A stretch of 63,424 nucleotides of DNA, counting the filler, from Octopus bimaculoides (Eukaryota): assembly GCF_001194135.2 (NCBI RefSeq). It is 6 parts of 6 records of this genome, joined end to end, with 100 filler letters (N's around TTAATTAATTAA, not from the genome) between each part and the next. Parts side by side here need not be neighbours in the genome. Positions count along the whole stretch, not along the records: positions 31,315 to 44,046 come from NC_068988.1; positions 44,147 to 54,586 come from NC_068992.1; 4 more parts are not named here. One strand, given 5' to 3'. Shown piece after piece: positions 38,439 to 52,080 of the stretch (positions are counted from its first letter, which is position 1; every line of letters starts with the position of its first letter). Made by a program: the position numbers and the translations under genes. The notes beneath the pieces were generated by a model. It ran no database searches. It was not told where the DNA came from and saw only the letters and a program-made list of their open reading frames with translations.

Positions 38439-38934
38439 TCTCTTTAGAATCTTGCCATCTTCCCCTCTTCCTCTTTCTCTGTTTCCCTAGTTATACATGT
38501 ACCTGTATGTATGCACGTATGAATATATTGGCAAAAAGGAAAGAAAAAGCAGTCGATACATAGAAATTGCATTTATTGGAGAATAGTCAAGGATTCACTC
38601 CATTGCTACTCGAGCTCCATACATTGCACTGTTAGGGTATAATCACGTGATCAAGATTGATCAAGATCGAAGTTATTCTAACTCATGGTAGAAGTTCTTA
38701 TGTCTGTAAGTCTTTTTGGTTATGGCTGACTGGACCTCTTGCAGATTAACATCTGTGAATGCTCTCGAAGTAACGTAGCTTAAATCTCTATTCTTATTAA
38801 GTTTAATTACTGCGCGTAACTGACTGAAATGCTTAGGTTGCAGACGACTCTCGCGCAAGCGGCATCTGTTTGCAGATAGAACAAAAAATCATATCTCCTA
38901 ATATTATAATGAACCTAGTGTTTTTATAAATATT

Positions 38935-38972
<38 letters not shown>

Positions 38973-39580
38973 CATGCTGGACGCGGAGGAGGAGAGAAAA
39001 TAGCAATTCAATGAAGGAGAAGTAGTGAGAGTAATAGCCCTGACTGAGAGGGAGTGAGAGAAATTAATAGCAATGAGAGAAAGGAGGAAGTAATCGATAA
39101 ATAAGGAAGGAAGGTGTGAAAAAAAATTAGCGTTTCAACTCTGTGTAAGTATATGTGTGTATGTGTGTCCATGTAGAAAGGAGGTATGTGAATATTTGTA
39201 TGTGTGATTATTAGGTACCGTATTTTGTACCTTATTTATATATAAAATACTACAATTGGCCGTCATTATTGACGGCGCGCGGTCAGCTAGTATGAAATAA
39301 ATGCCATCACATATATCAAACTCTCGATAAACAATTTTACCAAAACGAAGTAATAACTTCATGGCATATTATACCATAAATAGCGAATTGAAAGAAGTAA
39401 CTTCACGATAAAAAATAGAAGACTCTGTGGACCACCCACCAAGCACTAGAGTTTAAGATCACCGTGCTACCTTCCATTCCGAAGCAAAATGTATGTGAAT
39501 AAACCAGTGTAATTTCTAATTTAGAATTGTTAGGAATAAATATTGACGCTATCGCCCTCAAGATTACGAATCAAGAACAA

Positions 39581-39780
39581 TACGGGTGTCAGCTGAAAAG
39601 TTCATGACCAAGATAATTTCATGGAATATGAACAAATCAGGTTTATTTTTCAGCATAGTCTCCTTTGTGGTCCACACACTTCTATCGGTGTTACAATGCT
39701 TGGTTCCCATTGGTGAAGAAGGTTTCATCGTGTTCGTCAAAAAAGTTATCAACAACAGATAAGACGTCATCATCATAACT
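39581..39780 (-). mobile_element. Mariner 3' end: transposase C-terminus plus TIR
   Basis: DDDVLSVVDNFFDEHDETFFTNGNQAL*HR/KCVDHKGDYAEK* followed by GAACTTTTCAGCTGACACCCGTA. Confidence 0.8.
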
Positions 39781-41698
39781 GTGATACCCAGCCAAGTGAC
39801 TTTTTCATGTTGAGGAATAGATGATAGTTAGGAGAATAGGGACTTGTGAAACTAGGGCCTCGTGTGCTAGAGCATTGTTCTAATGAAACAAATCATTGCT
39901 CTGCAATGGAATATTGTTACTCAGAAGATTTATAGTTTAACAGATCATGTAATTTTGTCTAATTGAAAAATTCAAATCCTGAAGCAGCCTGATTTGGAGA
40001 TCAGATATGTTGTCCAGTTGCCAAAACAGGAACTGATTCTCATTGCCGCTAAAGTCACAATTCAGTTTCAGGCCGATTCAGCTCGTTTCGCAGAATAATT
40101 ACTCTTGATAGCAATATGATTGTGCCATTTAACTCTCCATCAATACTACAACATTCCAAACTGCAAGAACTCTTCCATCAGTACGTCTACAGCAAATCCA
40201 ATCTCCTAGTAACAAGGGGAATACCTATAGTTATATCCCTTACCTGTGAACATAACAAATTCTGACATTAATTTCACGAACCTACTACCCGATACTGTCT
40301 TCAGATTCGTTAACTGACACCATTAAGTCTTTACTAAGAAATATAGAGAGAAGCAATAGCACAATATCAACTGATTCGTTTTGTTGCCCATGTTTTACAA
40401 TGGTGTTTTTCTCTTAGAACCATTTGAATATCTATTTCTAGAATGACTCACGTGTATCATTTATGTTATTTCTATGCCTTTCTCTACCAGAGCTGATGTT
40501 TATCGGTTGTTTTAAATATCTGATAAATCCTTTATTGAACTTCATAAGATGAAAGGAATGACAAGTAAAGTCTAATCAGCAGTTTGTTTACTTGTACACT
40601 TCTGTTATGATTCCAGATTCTGAGCACTGTTTCACCGTACTAGAATTTCTAAGAATGCGAATTCATTGTTCTACACATCGTCAATAATAGAACTGTATGA
40701 AAGGTCTGCTGGCGATAATATACTTTCTGCTGTTAACGTACGAACGTACCATCGACATCTCATAGCTATGTCAAAATCTTGATGAGGGAAGTACTTAAAG
40801 CAAGATCATCAAAATGTTCCATCTACATATAAGTGATTACTAGTGTTAACCAGGGGTGGAGTCAACATCTCCAACAAGTTATTGACGGAAATATTGACTA
40901 GATAAGTTATAGTGGTGTTATGTCGTGGGGAGTTGAATATCTCCTCATCAATAATACTATGACGACGTTGGAGTGTGCACAAGGGTGTAGGAACAGCATT
41001 ACCCAAATAAATATTTGGATATGATTATCAAGAATACTCTTTCGCAGAACGTACTCCGTACTACGCCAAACGTTGGTACAATATTAAACTAACACAGTAA
41101 TCCAATACGAACGATCAACGCTGTCAATTGCTCGCTGTCAACTGCTGACTGTCAACTGCGGACAGTTCACACAACAAGCGGTGTCTATTTTCTTTTTTTT
41201 TAAACACCCTTCTCTGTGATATTAGCATTTATACCTTGGATTCTTTGTAAATATGTTAACAACGCTGTAACTAACCGTGTATCTAAATTCAGCTACAGGC
41301 TATGGGTTACGAATACATGCATCTTTAATCGACAGAGGATTATATAGAACGATATTTAATAGGAGGGTGGGTTATACTGACTCCTTTCATTTCATAATCA
41401 ATCTCAATTGGGCCTGTTTATGCGCGTATCAGGATAAGAAGAGTATTTCGCTATGCAGTTGCTTTAGTTTTTGATCAGATGATCGCAAATATAACTTTCA
41501 CTTTGATCAATTGAGGAATTGTCGGTAGTGTTAAATTTGTAACTGGTACGAGGCTCTGATAGCAACTATTTCCAAATCGATGTATTTTTTAGTGTTACCA
41601 GTTTTATCTACGACAACTGTGACACTTCTTTTGTCTGTAGGTAGAATGATCATACCATTTCTCCTGTCTTAAGTCACTGATTTTCGTCATTCAGGAGT

Positions 41699-41776
<78 letters not shown>

Positions 41777-42651
41777 GTGTGTGTGTTTGTGTGTTTAGAA
41801 ATCCAATTTGTAGGTGTGTTTCACTCATTACCTGTCTTTCCTCGGGGCTACATTGTACAGGTATGAGATTCCCTGGCTGATAATTGTGAAATTCAAGCTC
41901 TTATTTGACACTGACCCCACGTATTGTAACAGTTTCCTGTCACGTATGTTCATTACCAATTTTGTTGGCATATACCGTTTCTTGGTCGGTCGTTTGTCTC
42001 TTAAGACATCTAGTTTCTTAATTTCTTTCTCTTTTCTCATATTCCGATGTTGATAGTTTTCTAATTGCTGCGGGAATTGCAATTTATACCACCAGGAGAT
42101 ATTATTACCGTTTCCAATGTTTCATTAATATTAAATTGTGATTCATCAATATCAAATTCCAAATTTTATCGTAATTTCGAACCGCAGCCCAGTAAGAATG
42201 ACGCACGCTATTATCTCTACTTTGACATAAGGAGTTTTATATGATTGATTCTCCTCTTTGGCTTAATTATAGTTTCCGTATTCTCTCTATCTCCGTACTA
42301 TACTGAATGGCAAACGTACATTGCTTCAGACAAATTCCTAATACTGAAGCTCCAAGCTCCTGTTCTTACATATAAATTTCTTCATCATGGATATTCATCG
42401 TCATGGATGCGGAATATACACAACAACGTCATTTCGTTGGCTTAGTTTACTCATGTCAGTCGTCTATCGCTAACGACACCTATGTACGTTATACCGAACG
42501 ACGAATTCGTTCAGTGGTCGTCAGAGCAGTCGTTACGTTACAGGACGATCAATCATACAAGTAAATCATATAGGTGAAGCGAATCATCAACTTCAGACAC
42601 ACTCCATAATAAACATTGAGTATATACATCTATGTAACGCAAGCTGGACAG

Positions 42652-42698
<47 letters not shown>

Positions 42699-42901
42699 AC
42701 ACACCACACACACACACACCACACACACACACACACACGCGCACACACACACACAAACACACACACACACGTAACATTGGCATATATATTTACATAGACA
42801 TCATACGGCACTATAAAGAACATTGATATTTGGTGATACCTTCGGATAAATAATATTCATACTGCATGCTATTTTGAGGTGTATATCAATTTATCTGTCT
42901 A

Positions 42902-42980
<79 letters not shown>

Positions 42981-42990
42981 NNNNNNNNNN

Positions 42991-43025
<35 letters not shown>

Positions 43026-43046
43026 CTGTCTCTCTCTCTCGCTCTA

Positions 43047-43077
<31 letters not shown>

Positions 43078-43270
43078 GTCTGTCTGTCTGTCTGTCTGTC
43101 TGTATATGTATATGTGTACATGTATACGCACACATCTTTACTGCAAATATAGAGGCATACAAATAAATACATATATAGATACATACATATATGCATATCC
43201 ATCCGAACCATCCATCCATCCATCCACCCATACATGCTTGCAGATACGCACGCGCACGCACACACACACA

Positions 43271-43325
<55 letters not shown>

Positions 43326-43609
43326 NNNNNNNNNNNNNNNNNNNNNNNNNNNNNNNNNNNNNNNNNNNNNNNNNNNNNNNNNNNNNNNNNNNNNNNNNNN
43401 NNNNNNNNNNNNNNNNNNNNNNNNNNNNNNNNNNNNNNNNNNNNNNNNNNNNNNNNNNNNNNNNNNNNNNNNNNNNNNNNNNNNNNNNNNNNNNNNNNNN
43501 NNNNNNNNNNNNNNNNNNNNNNNNNNNNNNNNNNNNNNNNNNNNNNNNNNNNNNNNNNNNNNNNNNNNNNNNNNNNNNNNNNNNNNNNNNNNNNNNNNNN
43601 NNNNNNNNN

Positions 43610-43653
<44 letters not shown>

Positions 43654-43779
43654 CGTGTGTGTGTGTGTGTGTGTGTGCATATATATGTGTATGTGCATAT
43701 ATATGTGTGTGTGCATATAAATATGTGTGTGTGCATATATGTGTGTGTGTGAGCGTGAGCGCGCGTGTTTTTGTCTGTG

Positions 43780-43978
43780 TTTGTCCTCACCACCACATGA
43801 CAACGGTGTAGGCGTGTTTACATCCACTTTACTTCGCGGCTCGACAAGAGTGACCGATGTAATAAGTGCCAGGTTTTAAAAAAATAATTAGTACTAGGTC
43901 AGCTTGCTTGACTAAAATTCTTCAAGGCGATATCCCAGCATGGCTGTAATCAGGTGGCTCAAACCAGTAAAAGATAAA

Positions 43979-43982
<4 letters not shown>
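43780..43982 (+). mobile_element. Old SINE family B, 3' half
   Basis: Degenerate GTGTTTGTCC, AGTACTAGG and CCAGCATGGCTGTA landmarks. Confidence 0.7.
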
Positions 43983-44046
<64 letters not shown>

Positions 44047-44146
44047 NNNNNNNNNNNNNNNNNNNNNNNNNNNNNNNNNNNNNNNNNNNNTTAATTAATT
44101 AANNNNNNNNNNNNNNNNNNNNNNNNNNNNNNNNNNNNNNNNNNNN

Positions 44147-44294
44147 GTGGATTTGGGTATTAAGATGGTTTTCCCTTTCGTGAGCCATTCAAGCATTGTC
44201 TCTGGCTCTGCTAGTATGTTGTTAAAGTTTTCTGCCAGCTTTTTATGCGTTCCTGGCAGGTGTTTTAACCAGAAGTTGGGGATCTTGTCGTGTC

Positions 44295-44296
<2 letters not shown>
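44147..44296 (-). pseudogene. R4/Dong-like LINE fragment starting in a (TAA)n array
   Basis: GHDKIPNFWLKHLPGTHKKLAENFNNILAEPETMLEWLTKGKTILIPK. Confidence 0.8.
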
Positions 44297-44360
<64 letters not shown>

Positions 44361-44386
44361 CATTGTTATTATTATTGTTATTTTTC

Positions 44387-44598
44387 AGGCGGTGAGCTTC
44401 AGAATCGTTAGTACGCTGGACGACATGCTTAGTGGTATTTCGCTTGTCACTGCGTTCTGAGTTCAAATTCCGCTTAGGTCGACTTTGCCTTTTATCCTTT
44501 CAGGGTTGATAAAACTTGTACCAGTGAAATACTGGGATTGATGTAATCGATTAGTCTTCTCCGCTAAAATTTGAGGCCTTGTGCCTTCAGTAGAAAGG

Positions 44599-44640
<42 letters not shown>
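44387..44640 (+). mobile_element. SINE family C with (TTA)n tail
   Basis: AGGCGGTGAGC...GAGTTCAAATTCC...GGCCTTGTGCCTTCAGTAGAAAGGATTATTATT. Confidence 0.88.
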
Positions 44641-45246
44641 GCTTTTGCACAACTTCTAACGCTGGAGATGTATTACAGTGTCAGCTGTTCACTACCAGTG
44701 AACTAAGGTAACACCTCTTATTTTGCGAGCACCTTCCAGAGTATTCGAGCGGTTCCAAAGAGTGCTGTTTTCTGTAAGTGCTCCACCCTTATTGCAGCCC
44801 CTATTTGTTCCACGTACTTCTCGAAATTTTTACTCACTGTTGCCAGGGCTCCGACAATTATCGGTACTACTACCACTTTTTTCATCGACCACAACTGCTT
44901 TACCTCCCAAGCTAACCTGTCATATCTTTCGACTTTTCTGTCTTCCTTATCGTATACATTGTTTGTTTTCTTTCTCAATTCAGACTATGTCTGGCTTCCT
45001 ATTCTCAATCTCATGGTCGCACTGAATCATAAAATCCCATAGGATCTTTGCATTTCTATTTTCGACGATGCCTTCAGGTTTGTCGTACCAATTTTTTGCT
45101 CTGTCAAGTCCATACTTGTTGCAAAGTGTCCAATGGAGAAGCCTGGCTATATTGTTGTGGCGTCTCTTATATTCTTTCTGGGCTAGTGGCGTACATTGGC
45201 TGGTAATATGCTTTACAGTTTCACCGTTTTGTCCACAGATTCTGCA
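44641..45246 (-). pseudogene. 5'-truncated R4/Dong-like LINE: CCHC finger, RLE domain, stop and 3' UTR
   Basis: CRICGQNGETVKHITSQC, KILWDFMIQCDHEIENRKPDIV and VVPIIVGALATV...LQKTALFGTARIL*. Flanked on both sides by (TAA)n. Confidence 0.9.
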
Positions 45247-46395
45247 CTATTATTATTATTATTATTATTATTATTTATCATTTCGATAGCGGAATCTGAT
45301 AAAATCATTTGAACGTCGGACAATATACTTAGCAACATTACTTCCGTCTTTAAGGTTTGNNNNNNNNNNNNNNNNNNNNNNNNNNNNNNNNNNNNNNNNN
45401 NNNNNNNNNNNNNNNNNNNNNNNNNNNNNNNNNNNNNNNNNNNNNNNNNNNNNNNNNNNNNNNNNNNNNNNNNNNNNNNNNNNNNNNNNNNNNNNNNNNN
45501 NNNNNNNNNNNNNNNNNNNNNNNNNNNNNNNNNNNNNNNNNNNNNNNNNNNNNNNNNNNNNNNNNNNNNNNNNNNNNNNNNNNNNNNNNNNNNNNNNNNN
45601 NNNNNNNNNNNNNNNNNNNNNNNNNNNNNNNNNNNNNNNNNNNNNNNNNNNNNNNNNNNNNNNNNNNNNNNNNNNNNNNNNNNNNNNNNNNNNNNNNNNN
45701 NNNNNNNNNNNNNNNNNNNNNNNNNNNNNNNNNNNNNNNNNNNNNNNNNNNNNNNNNNNNNNNNNNNNNNNNNNNNNNNNNNNNNNNNNNNNNNNNNNNN
45801 NNNNNNNNNNNNNNNNNNNNNNNNNNNNNNNNNNNNNNNNNNNNNNNNNNNNNNNNNNNNNNNNNNNNNNNNNNNNNNNNNNNNNNNNNNNNNNNNNNNN
45901 NNNNNNNNNNNNNNNNNNNNNNNNNNNNNNNNNNNNNNNNNNNNNNNNNNNNNNNNNNNNNNNNNNNNNNNNNNNNNNNNNNNNNNNNNNNNNNNNNNNN
46001 NNNNNNNNCTTCTTCTTCTTCTTCTTCTTCTTCTTCTTCTTCTTCTTCTTCTTCTTCTTCTTCTTCTTTTGCTGTTGTTTTTATTTGTGTGTTGATGCGA
46101 AAGGCTCCGTGGAAATTAGAATTATCTAAATTGAAATTAATAACTATCAACATGGATTGCTGTTTTTGAAATTATTACCTTTTCTTTGGATTAATTTATA
46201 ACACAGTGGATTTATGCAACGTCGGTTTGTCTACCCCAGTACCTGACGCAGACAGAAGGTCTGCTTTAGTCGCCACTTTAATATTTTCTTCGCAATGTTA
46301 CTGTGTTTATACAGAATTTCAATATGATTTCTGGTACAAAAGAAACATTAACAACAGAGGCATCCACAAAGCAGAAATATAAATCTTATAAAACA

Positions 46396-46900
46396 GGTGA
46401 AGGCGTGGCTGCGTGGTAAGAAGCTTGTTTCCCAACAACATGGCTCTGAGTTCAGTTCCACTGTGTGCCACCTTGGCAAGTGTCTTCTATTATAGACTCA
46501 CGCCGACCAAATTTTTGTAAGCTGAACTGGGACATAGAAACAGAAAGAAGCCCATCCTGTTTGTATGTATGTACGCATGTACACATGCATATATGTATGT
46601 CTATATGTATATAAACATTTTTGTAAATACACACTCACACACACACACATATATTGATATATATATATATATATATAGATATATGTGTGTGTGTCTGTGC
46701 TTGTCCTCCACCACTGTTTGACTACCGGTGTTGGCGTGTTTCTGTCCGTGTAACTTCGCGGTTCTGTTAAAAAGACCGATAAAATTAATACCACGCTTAA
46801 AGATAGGCACTGGTGTCGATTCTTTTGACTAAAACCCTCCAAAGCAGCGCCCCAGCATGGCTATGGTTTAATGACTGAAACACGTAAACAAATAAAGAAT
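46396..46900 (+). mobile_element. SINE family B, full length, diverged, expanded central microsatellite
   Basis: Head GGCGTGGCTGCGTGGTAAG...GAGTTCAGTTCC; 3' CCAGCATGGCTATGG...GACTGAAAC. Confidence 0.82.
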
Positions 46901-47370
46901 GAAACAGATGAAAACAAATTTAAAAAGAAATAGTTAAACAGGAAATAGTTATAAAAAAAATGATAAAGCTGACAAAAGAATGATTCACTATTAATCACAG
47001 ACGGTAATGATTTAATATCCAGAAACGGAAATTTGCACAACATAATTCAAGGTAGGAAGAACAATAGAGACATGCATAAAAAATTGCTAAAGGAAAAAAG
47101 AAATAAGAAAACAGTTAAGAAAAATGAGTAGAACGTCCAGACTGAAAAACACGCAGAACATATCTAGCTTTCCTTCTATACTTGGGGAAAAACTCAAATA
47201 GATGGGATCCAGATATGTATTATCTGGCGGAGGAATAAAAAGTCATCTTGGCAGAGATGTGTGACAAAGAAAACGCGCAAATCCTGCTGTCAATTTTCAG
47301 TATGCTGAAAGATTCAGAGGTTTCCCTCATTTTCAATAAAGTTGAATCTCAGGTTGCCATAATCGCTATA

Positions 47371-47434
<64 letters not shown>

Positions 47435-48976
47435 NNNNNNNNNNNNNNNNNNNNNNNNNNNNNNNNNNNNNNNNNNNNNNNNNNNNNNNNNNNNNNNNNN
47501 NNNNNNNNNNNNNNNNNNNNNNNNNNNNNNNNNNNNNNNNNNNNNNNNNNNNNNNNNNNNNNNNNNNNNNNNNNNNNNNNNNNNNNNNNNNNNNNNNNNN
47601 NNNNNNNNNNNNNNNNNNNNNNNNNNNNNNNNNNNNNNNNNNNNNNNNNNNNNNNNNNNNNNNNNNNNNNNNNNNNNNNNNNNNNNNNNNNNNNNNNNNN
47701 NNNNNNNNNNNNNNNNNNNNNNNNNNNNNNNNNNNNNNNNNNNNNNNNNNNNNNNNNNNNNNNNNNNNNNNNNNNNNNNNNNNNNNNNNNNNNNNNNNNN
47801 NNNNNNNNNNNNNNNNNNNNNNNNNNNNNNNNNNNNNNNNNNNNNNNNNNNNNNNNNNNNNNNNNNNNNNNNNNNNNNNNNNNNNNNNNNNNNNNNNNNN
47901 NNNNNNNNNNNNNNNNNNNNNNNNNNNNNNNNNNNNNNNNNNNNNNNNNNNNNNNNNNNNNNNNNNNNNNNNNNNNNNNNNNNNNNNNNNNNNNNNNNNN
48001 NNNNNNNNNNNNNNNNNNNNNNNNNNNNNNNNNNNNNNNNNNNNNNNNNNNNNNNNNNNNNNNNNNNNNNNNNNNNNNNNNNNNNNNNNNNNNNNNNNNN
48101 NNNNNNNNNNNNNNNNNNNNNNNNNNNNNNNNNNNNNNNNNNNNNNNNNNNNNNNNNNNNNNNNNNNNNNNNNNNNNNNNNNNNNNTTTCATGGCATTCT
48201 TTCGTTTGAAGCAACAAAGTTGTCAGCTCAATCATATGGTCGATCATATGGGATCATACGACTGCTAGTTTATTTTCGTAAAATTTCTTTATTTCTTTAT
48301 ACTTTGAAGAGAGCAGAAATTGAAAGAGAAAGTGAAAAGACAAAGAGAAAGTGAAAAGGCGATTTCTGCTTTGAAGTGAGAGCTGAAAGTGAAAGAGAAG
48401 AGGAAGTGAAAGATGTATGTACGTGTATATGAAATGGACGTGTGTGTGTGTGTGTGTGTGTGTACATGTATGCGTGAGAGAGAGAGACAGAGTAAAGGTG
48501 TTTGTTGCCATGTATGTATCCTTTGGCATGCATATGTAAGTAGCACTCTCATATGCACGTACATAAATTCATACGCATACGTATCTATGTGTGCGTGTGC
48601 GCGTGCATGTGAGAGAGAGAAAGTGAGTGACACAGACTCTCTTTCTATACAGATGATACGCAGCTTTCTTTATTATAGTACAGATCTAACTATTTCGGAG
48701 AAACCTTACTTTCATTATTCATGCATCGTCGCTCTCGTAATGCAACACTATGTAATTTTGCTTCAAATTCAAAGTGTGAAACTATTTTCACTTTCTAACG
48801 AAACCTGATCATTGTAGAGCTGTATCTTTCAAATAACTATAGCTGTTGTTGAGATAACGTGGAAAATATGTAAATGAAAATAAAGTTTATTTGGTAGCCG
48901 AAAGATTACTGAATCTTTTGATACCCCATACGTCAAAATCGGCAACTCAGTTACCGAATGAATAAAGAACATACGC

Positions 48977-49011
<35 letters not shown>

Positions 49012-49887
49012 CAGACGCACACACACACACACACACCCTGGTTTATTTTCGAGTCTATTTCGGTGCCTTTCAGCTGTCTGGTAGACCCGAACAGGGCTTC
49101 ACCACAGCTGACACACATCTATCTCCTGGACATTACAGCTATCATTCAACTTCAAAATAGTTGTTTATTCCAGATTTCATCATTTTCCTTGCCCCATCCA
49201 GCGACCACCAGCACCACCAGCACCACCGGCACCAGCAGCACCACCGGCACCAGCAGCAGCAGCACCACCACCACCACACTTCTTGTTTATCTAAAGTGGA
49301 TCAACAGTTTCATTTCTTTATAGGGATGCCACGCCTCATTACCCCACCTCACCTTACTCCCACCCACTCCACCCCACCTTATCGCTACCCCATTTCATCC
49401 CTCCTCAACTAACCCCATATATTTCAGGCTTGTCTGAATCTATTTTTACTGGGATTTTCGGCAACCTTATTGCTTTCCTTTATACATGCTTCCGTCATTG
49501 GTCTGCGCCTATGCTGGGGCAACGACATGAAGAGGTTTAGTCAATTAAAAGGTCCCTAGAGTCTTTTGCTGAACCGCTAAGTTATTGGGACGCAAACAAA
49601 CAAACACCGGTTGTTAAATGCTTACAGATAAGCACAAATATAAAGACATGCATACACACAAATACTGACGCATACACACACACACATGGATATATATATA
49701 TATATGTATATGTGTGTGTATGTGAGATAGAAATGACAGATAGACAGATACACAGACAGATAGCAACACATATAAATACACACGCACTCATATATATGTA
49801 TGATTATACACATAAATATATATACATGTATATGTATCCGTATCTATAAAGTTACCTTTCTCTCTCTCTCTCTCTCTNNNNNNNNNN

Positions 49888-49928
<41 letters not shown>

Positions 49929-50094
49929 ACACACATACGCAGTCACGTGAATTCATATATACAAATATACATAGAGACATACATATATATATACATACAC
50001 ACGTACATACATACATACATACATACACATATATACACACACATACATACATAAACACACACACACACACACGCATGTATATGTCTGTGCGTGT

Positions 50095-50215
50095 GTGTGT
50101 TTGTTTGTGTCTGTGTTTGTCCACCATCACTGCTTGACAACACCAACAAAAAATACTTTAAGACGGTGCCCCAGTATGGTCGCAGTCTAATGACTGAAAC
50201 AAGTAAAGGATTAAA
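50095..50215 (+). mobile_element. SINE family B 3' part, internally deleted
   Basis: GTGTTTGTCCACCATCACTGCTTGACAAC...CCAGTATGGTCGCAGTCTAATGACTGAAACAAGTAAA. Confidence 0.75.
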
Positions 50216-50395
50216 GAAACAACCGACACGCCAGCTGAAATATTGTGTCTCAGAGAAACTACTTGAAAATACATTTTTTGGAATGTAAGCGACCTTTGGG
50301 GCTAATAAAATATAAAAACCAATTCTTACGAGGGAGTTGAACTCACGTCAATGAGATTCTGTTATATACATAACATAGATATATACGTATACATA

Positions 50396-50468
<73 letters not shown>

Positions 50469-51052
50469 NNNNNNNNNNNNNNNNNNNNNNNNNNNNNNNN
50501 NNNNNNNNNNNNNNNNNNNNNNNNNNNNNNNNNNNNNNNNNNNNNNNNNNNNNNNNNNNNNNNNNNNNNNNNNNNNNNNNNNNNNNNNNNNNNNNNNNNN
50601 NNNNNNNNNNNNNNNNNNNNNNNNNNNNNNNNNNNNNNNNNNNNNNNNNNNNNNNNNNNNNNNNNNNNNNNNNNNNNNNNNNNNNNNNNNNNNNNNNNNN
50701 NNNNNNNNNNNNNNNNNNNNNNNNNNNNNNNNNNNNNNNNNNNNNNNNNNNNNNNNNNNNNNNNNNNNNNNNNNNNNNNNNNNNNNNNNNNNNNNNNNNN
50801 NNNNNNNNNNNNNNNNNNNNNNNNNNNNNNNNNNNNNNNNNNNNNNNNNNNNNNNNNNNNNNNNNNNNNNNNNNNNNNNNNNNNNNNNNNNNNNNNNNNN
50901 NNNNNNNNNNNNNNNNNNNNNNNNNNNNNNNNNNNNNNNNNNNNNNNNNNNNNNNNNNNNNNNNNNNNNNNNNNNNNNNNNNNNNNNNNNNNNNNNNNNN
51001 NNNNNNNNNNNNNNNNNNNNNNNNNNNNNNNNNNNNNNNNNNNNNNNNNNNN

Positions 51053-51093
<41 letters not shown>

Positions 51094-51159
51094 TACACAT
51101 ATATTATATGATTGAACACCAAGCATCCTCTTCCAAGTAAGTTTTATCTTAACAATTCT

Positions 51160-51728
51160 GATGCGCACTCTATATGATCTTTTTACTCCTTCGTTTTTCT
51201 CTCTTTTTTTCTCTCTTATTCTGTTACTGTCTCTTCTCCCTCTATTCTATCCTATTACTGTGTCACTCTTTCTCCCCCACTCCTTCTCCACTGCTCACGT
51301 GCTCCCACGTGACCATCGGCCATCTTTTTTTCTCTTCGTTGTAGCTGGAAGAAGGAAGACGTGTTCTTGTTTCTCTCCTGTCCTAGCTTGATTTACGCGT
51401 TTGACACCACAACCTCGTGTAGACTTAGCAGCCCTTCCTGTTTGTTTTCACTGTTTGTTTTCACTGTTTTTGATACCTATTTTGATCCTTCGCAAAATCC
51501 CAAATCTTATTTAATTTGCTTTGCGGGAGCAACTGTTTTATCGAAAGCGTATATTGTTGTTAAATGCTCGAAATACGAGTCTAGAAAAACAGCAAACAAC
51601 TGATGAAGGGTCGTTCTTGATGTTTGTTTTGTTTTCTATTTGTGTCTTTCGTTGTTCGAAAGAATAGTTCCTGTTCCATGTACTCGTGCTTCATACTTTC
51701 ATATTGTACACGCTTCACGACATCCTGT
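51160..51728 (+). mobile_element. Family E repeat, long copy
   Basis: Colinear with the reverse complement of 100-730 (TC-rich block, GACCATCGGCCATCT, CAACTGATGAAGGGTC). Ends in (TA)n. Confidence 0.65.
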
Positions 51729-51859
51729 ACCCACATATGCATATATATATATATATATATATACGTATAGAGGTAAGTATGTACATATACGTATGTATAT
51801 ATGCATATATATATCATTTGTATTATATATAAATGTGTGTGTGTGTGTGTATACATTTC

Positions 51860-52045
51860 AGAATGTAACCACATATGGATTGTTGGCGAATCTTTTCCTC
51901 CGTCTCTTGTTTCTGACGAAGAGCTTTGCTCGAAACGTAAAATCACATTTCTTTCCTTTCCTGAGCGTCTGCTAATACTTTGCATGTACCACGTACTCGT
52001 GTTGTTGTTTTTTTCTTGTTTGTTCTTCGTTTTTTTGGGATGCAC
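51860..52045 (+). mobile_element. Short Penelope-like terminal element ending in (TA)n
   Basis: Contains the canonical hammerhead at 51909-51943 and is related to 22030-22230. Confidence 0.65.
51909..51943 (+). ncRNA. Minimal type-I hammerhead ribozyme, canonical core
   Basis: GTTT-CTGACGA-A-GAGC-TTT-GCTC-GAAAC-GT-A-AAAT. All conserved core nucleotides, a 4-bp stem II, loopless palindromic stem III and a GUA cleavage triplet. Confidence 0.7.
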
Positions 52046-52080
52046 TATATATATATATATATATATATTCTTTTGTTCTT

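Noticed and set aside
38673-38878. Minus-strand 61-aa ORF with upstream acceptor-like site
   Set aside because: No donor and no recognisable homology; within chance expectation.
40809-41006. ORF ending HLYVDGTF, reminiscent of the MULE transposase DGTF motif
   Set aside because: Only four residues, immediately followed by stops, with no other MULE motifs or TIRs.
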